DNA of 38,885 bases, from contig JAUCBJ010007717.1 in assembly GCA_032718475.1 (NCBI GenBank), positions 1-38,885 of the forward strand, read 5' to 3'. Numbering within the stretch: position 1 is the first letter of the stretch; each line of letters begins with the position of its first letter. Below the pieces are notes generated by a model that did not search any database, was not told the DNA's origin, and saw nothing but the letters and a program-made list of their open reading frames with translations. The position numbers were made by a program, and so were the translations under genes. Shown here piece after piece: positions 34,690-38,885 of this stretch. The DNA comes from Nemertoderma westbladi (Eukaryota; Animalia; Xenacoelomorpha).

Positions 34690-35352
34690 CACCATCTCCC
34701 TTAATACAACAACCATTTTTAGCAAGAACATTTATCCACCTCCGTCGGCTGTATTTCATCAGTCTTCCCCGCCTTCATCTGCAGATTCCGAATCTGAAAA
34801 CGGTTTTCAATTTCACCAACATATTCCGGATATATTATCAAATTTATACATATAGATTTAGACACGTAAATCGATATAATTCTCATGTTTTTCTACATTT
34901 ATTCTAGAATATCCGTAATGAAGAAAAAAAGATGGAAAGTGTTAAAGGCGCAGCTAAATAATAAGTAATACAGTATTCTAGAATAAAGACAAAAAACATT
35001 GGAATTATATCGATTTACGTCTCAAAACTTACATCTTAGTATTTTGATAATATCTTTGGCAATTTTTTGCGGAACTTAAAACTGTTTTCAGATTCGGAAT
35101 CTGCAGATGAAGGTGGTTCTAATGATATCTGGATTACATTCAATAGACGAAGAATAAAGCCGACGGAGATGGCTAAATATTGCTAAATAGATTATTTTTA
35201 ATGGCTTGTTCAACTAACATCATACCAAATATCGTAGCATTTTATTGAAATTTGAAAAAAAATATTGTAGGGGTGGGGGGCTCCATTGACTTATTGTCTC
35301 ATTGACTTGCCATTAAACCAAAAAATTGGTTATTGTATTAAGGGATAAGGTG
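34690..35352. mobile_element. Foldback MITE with both termini, flanked by TA (Tc1/mariner-type)
   Basis: TA|CACCATCTCCCTTAATACAA ... TTGTATTAAGGGATAAGGTG|TA with long imperfect inverted arms. Confidence 0.8.
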
Positions 35353-35397
35353 TATGTGGGTTAATTTTATTCCCCATAAATTCTATTTTTTAGTTCA

Positions 35398-35580
35398 GCA
35401 GCCGGTTCCACCAACTCTCACTAACTGCTTAGTGTTAGTGCTAACTGCTTAATGCCACTAACCTGAGCCACCCTTATGACTTAGCCTGTTCCACCAAGGT
35501 CACTAACTGTATGTGCCACTAACTGTTAGTGCGATTTGCTTAGGGACCTCTAGATATCCCTAAAAGCTACACTAACTGCT
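35398..35580 (+). repeat. Cluster of CACTAACTG motifs; probable end of a DNA transposon
   Basis: GCCGGTTCCACCAA / GCCTGTTCCACCAA twice, several CACTAAC and TTAGTG; no matching opposite end found. Confidence 0.4.
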
Positions 35581-36270
35581 GAATTTACTTGTGTTGGTCG
35601 GATTCGGATATTATTACTTGCGATTGATTACAAATATATTTCATTTGTTTTGATTGAACCCTATCATAATGTATATACTGTACACCACTTTACATACACA
35701 TTATTTCCACTTTAAATGTATACATTTTACTTTAGACACTTAACTACATTGTATTTTTTATTTTCGGAGGTGTCTATTATTTCGTCCCCATATTAACACA
35801 AAAAAATAATAAAGGAAATCCATTTATATATGATTAGGATTGTAAAAGCTTTTGCGGAATTGCCCGGTTATTTTCCCCGTAAAGTGCTCTGTAGTTGGTT
35901 TAGCAGGCATAAAAGGCCGTGTCATTGCTGTACCGGTGTTTTTAGGGGACATAAAAGCTATTTCTTCTGTATGTGTACTTTAGAGGACATAATTAGCAAT
36001 TCTATGACGCAACGCCCTAGATCCTCTTGAAACAGTGTCGTTACTATGACGACAGCTAACGGCTGAGCTTTACACGTGTAGCTTGCCCGGAGCCTTGCCT
36101 TGGTTCTTTGTTCTGCTCAGCTCAAAATGACGACATCTATCAGCTGTATCCACGTGGAGCTTTTTGCCATTCGACCAATCAGAGATTCCCTCTTTGTGTA
36201 AAAGCTGTACAGCAGAATTACAGGATTCAGTACTGACGTTTCCCCCACGCCTAGAACACCGGCCGGGGAA

Positions 36271-37103
36271 TGTTTTCTGACATTAGAGCGTCTTTAATTA
36301 TAAGATCATCAAACTGTTATCTTGGTCAACTCGGTTACCTCGGTTTTGGTACAGCACCTCGGTCTCGGTCTCTGTCTCGGCATCTGATTAATCACCCTGA
36401 CGTAAACTGCTTTTCGCCGCATTATTTACTGCTATTTACTGTGTTGTTAATTGTATCGTTCGTTTACATATTATTATTGGGAAGAATATTGATAACGATC
36501 CGAAAACCCAATCTTCTTGATACACTAAGGTTAGAGAGACCGGTTACATATAACAATTTGCGACATACATTATCGTGGTTTGTAGTGAGTTCAATGCTAC
36601 TTAATAGGCCCTACAAATGTCGGTTGTTATTCTCTTTATATATGATTAAAATCAGTGAATGTCGGCAATTCAGTGTGCAGTTGTGTGCAATAGTCTGTGT
36701 GTGCTTGACCGAGTAACAAAGCATTTCCTAAAGAATGCACTTTGGTGATCTATAAGACATACTGTTGTGTATAGTGTAAGTCATAGCTCTGTTTAAATAG
36801 ATAGAGCGCCACGTCCTAAAGGAACTGCTAATATTTCCCGAAAGTGAATAGTATTCGTCAGAGATTATATATTAACTTATCAATCGAATAGTACGGTAGG
36901 CCTGCACCGCAATCAAATTAAAGCATCCAAATCCAGTCTCCCGGGTATATCCAGCGGGTGAATGGTCGCGCACAGACTGGCTTTGGCTAATGTTAGAATT
37001 ATTATAGGTGTTCAATACTTGTCATAGGCTGGAGTAGATTTATAACCTAGAAGACATATAGATTTGGCGGGTTAAACTGCCAAAGGTCTTAAAAGCGCGA
37101 ACA
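36271..37103 (+). mobile_element. Candidate LTR of a BEL/Pao element (833 bp)
   Basis: Begins TGTT right after purine-rich GGGGAA, ends GCGCGAACA; lies upstream of a BEL gag. No second LTR in the window and no clear PBS recognised. Confidence 0.4.
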
Positions 37104-37394
37104 ATAACAGTTTGTAGGATCTTGATTGCGGCGTAAGCGATCAAGACTAAGGTACCGGTCGACCGGTAACCAGTAGGCCTGACTGCCTGATCACCCGGAC
37201 CGGTACTTACAACAGTACAGGTATATCAGTACTATTTCGATTGTGATATTACATACCGGTAGGCTGTTTAAGAGATTAGGGACTGTACACCCCTTGTTTC
37301 TTTTGGAGCTTACTTATTTCTGTCAGTTTTATTTATTTGTAGGCCAGTATCGAGCAGAAAGCGTGTAAGCTTGCTCAGTCTATACAGACAATTG

Positions 37395-37965
37395 GTAGGC
37401 TGGACTGTTGTCTGGCTGTTGTTGGGTCTGAACGGATTGCAGTGTGTGTAGAGTCTGTCCGATAAAGTGCCAGTTAGTAAGTAGGGGCATCTTGAGTTGT
37501 AAGGTCAACCCCCTCTTAAAGAATAAGTCGTACTACCGAGTTAGAACGCATACTAACTAACCATTTTGGAATCTGCATATACTGTAGTTTATTTAGGCTT
37601 GATAGTAGTCTGCCAGCGTTTTAGCCTGTGTTTGTTTGTGTGGTCTGTTCAGGTACCGTAATAGTTATTACTCAGATATTTTGTAGGCTGGATTGTTGTC
37701 TAGCTGTTATTAGGTCGGAAGAGATTGCTGCGTGTGTAGAGTCTGTCTGATAAAGTGCCAGTTAGTAAGTTGGGGCATCTTGAGTTGTAAGGTCAACCCC
37801 CTCCTAAAGAATAAGTCGTACTACCGTGTTAGAACGCATACTATCTAACCATTTCGGAATCTGCACATACTGTAGTTTATTTAGGCTTGATGGTAGTCTG
37901 CCAGCGTTTGGTTTGTATTTTGTTTGAGTATTCTGTACGGGTAGCGTAATATTTATTATTCAGAG
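37395..37965 (+). repeat. 288-bp direct tandem repeat (2 copies) in the presumed 5' leader of the BEL element
   Basis: GTAGGCTGGA at 37395 and 37683; GATAAAGTGCC at 37461 and 37749. Confidence 0.92.
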
Positions 37966-38504
37966 TTTATGCGATTATTCGCAACATTCATGTCCCCAAG
38001 TTTATTCCTACAGTAATTGTGCTTGTTACACATACCGTTATAGTTAAATTAACCCTGGTACTACATGGGCTGCTTGGCGTAGGTAAAGACTGGCGACTTT
38101 GTGCTCCGGTCACTCCAGCAGATGCCGTGGTTCTTTTAACTGTTCAAGTATTTTTAACTACTGATTATCTGTTGTACAAGTACTCGTACCTAATTTAGGG
38201 TTTAGTGTACAGTGCTTTCCGAAGGTAATTAGAGTGTAGGCAGTATATTTGTGTTGTAAAGTGGTTAATAGGCACGTTGGTTCTGGTAGACCGCGGTAAT
38301 TAACTTCTAGGTAGGGACACTCCGTGATACATAACGTAGTACCTATAGCGATACGGCTATAGGTCGTCAGACGGTGGTATTTTCCTATCTGGACAACACA
38401 GTGTATTTACTACTACTTATTATTTTCAAATACCGTAGTATCCTGTCCGTTGTAATAACCAGAAAATCTAACCCTCTGTTAGACTGGTTTGTAGTTCCCT
38501 GTAA

Positions 38505-38885
38505 ATTACTTACTATGACAACAAGACCTATAAAGACGTAAGTAAATATAAGTCTCGAACCAGTGACAGGAGAGAACAGGTAACAACAACTCCTCCTACG
38601 TCTCCTAAGAGAATTCACGGAAGAAAGCCCGAAGAAAGAACGAGAGTGCATAACGTTGCCCAAGGTAAAGTGAGTAACATCAAACCAAAATGTGCGCTGT
38701 GCGACGGGCCCCACCTTTTGAGTGTGTGTGCTGAATTCCTAAAGAAATCCCTGGTAGACAGACGTGAAGTCATGTGGGATAAGCGGTTATGCTATAATTG
38801 CCTCAGACAAGGACACCAACGGCGAACCTGTTACTCTGACGTAAGGTGTGCAAAGTGCGGTGCGAAACATCACATCTTGTTACAC
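38505..38885 (+). mobile_element. BEL/Pao LTR retrotransposon gag zinc-knuckle region, runs off the window (not in the ORF track)
   Basis: Manual translation: KCALCDGPHLLSVCAEF...RLCYNCLRQGHQRRTC...RCAKCGAKHHILLH, the BEL/Pao triple knuckle. Frame opens after TAA 38502-38504 with no ATG before the knuckles. Confidence 0.9.

Overview
AT-rich eukaryotic DNA, probably an invertebrate animal, made almost entirely of nested transposon debris and tandem arrays. No prokaryotic genes, rRNA, tRNA or CRISPR were found. Retroelements: three broken copies of a Rex1/Babar-type LINE (243-904, ~26886-28864, ~32608-34607), a minus-strand LINE RT whose C-terminal motif has amplified into a 36-bp minisatellite, a convergent zinc-knuckle ORF, an internally deleted CR1/L2/Crack-group LINE, and a BEL/Pao LTR element running off the right edge. 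The CR1/L2/Crack LINE is cut off by a 3.75-kb 32-bp G/C-skewed satellite that abuts a 4.9-kb 51-bp satellite. A ~5.7-kb tandem segmental duplication carries a second 51-bp array. Several MITE, foldback and HINE-like elements are present. The only host-like gene is an otherwise intron-free type II membrane protein gene (TM + Pro/Thr stalk + fibrinogen domain, minus strand 10945-8958), interrupted by a -1 frameshift and an in-frame 393-bp TIR element. The very long ORFs in the track are translations of satellites. All family calls come from motif recognition by eye, not database searches.
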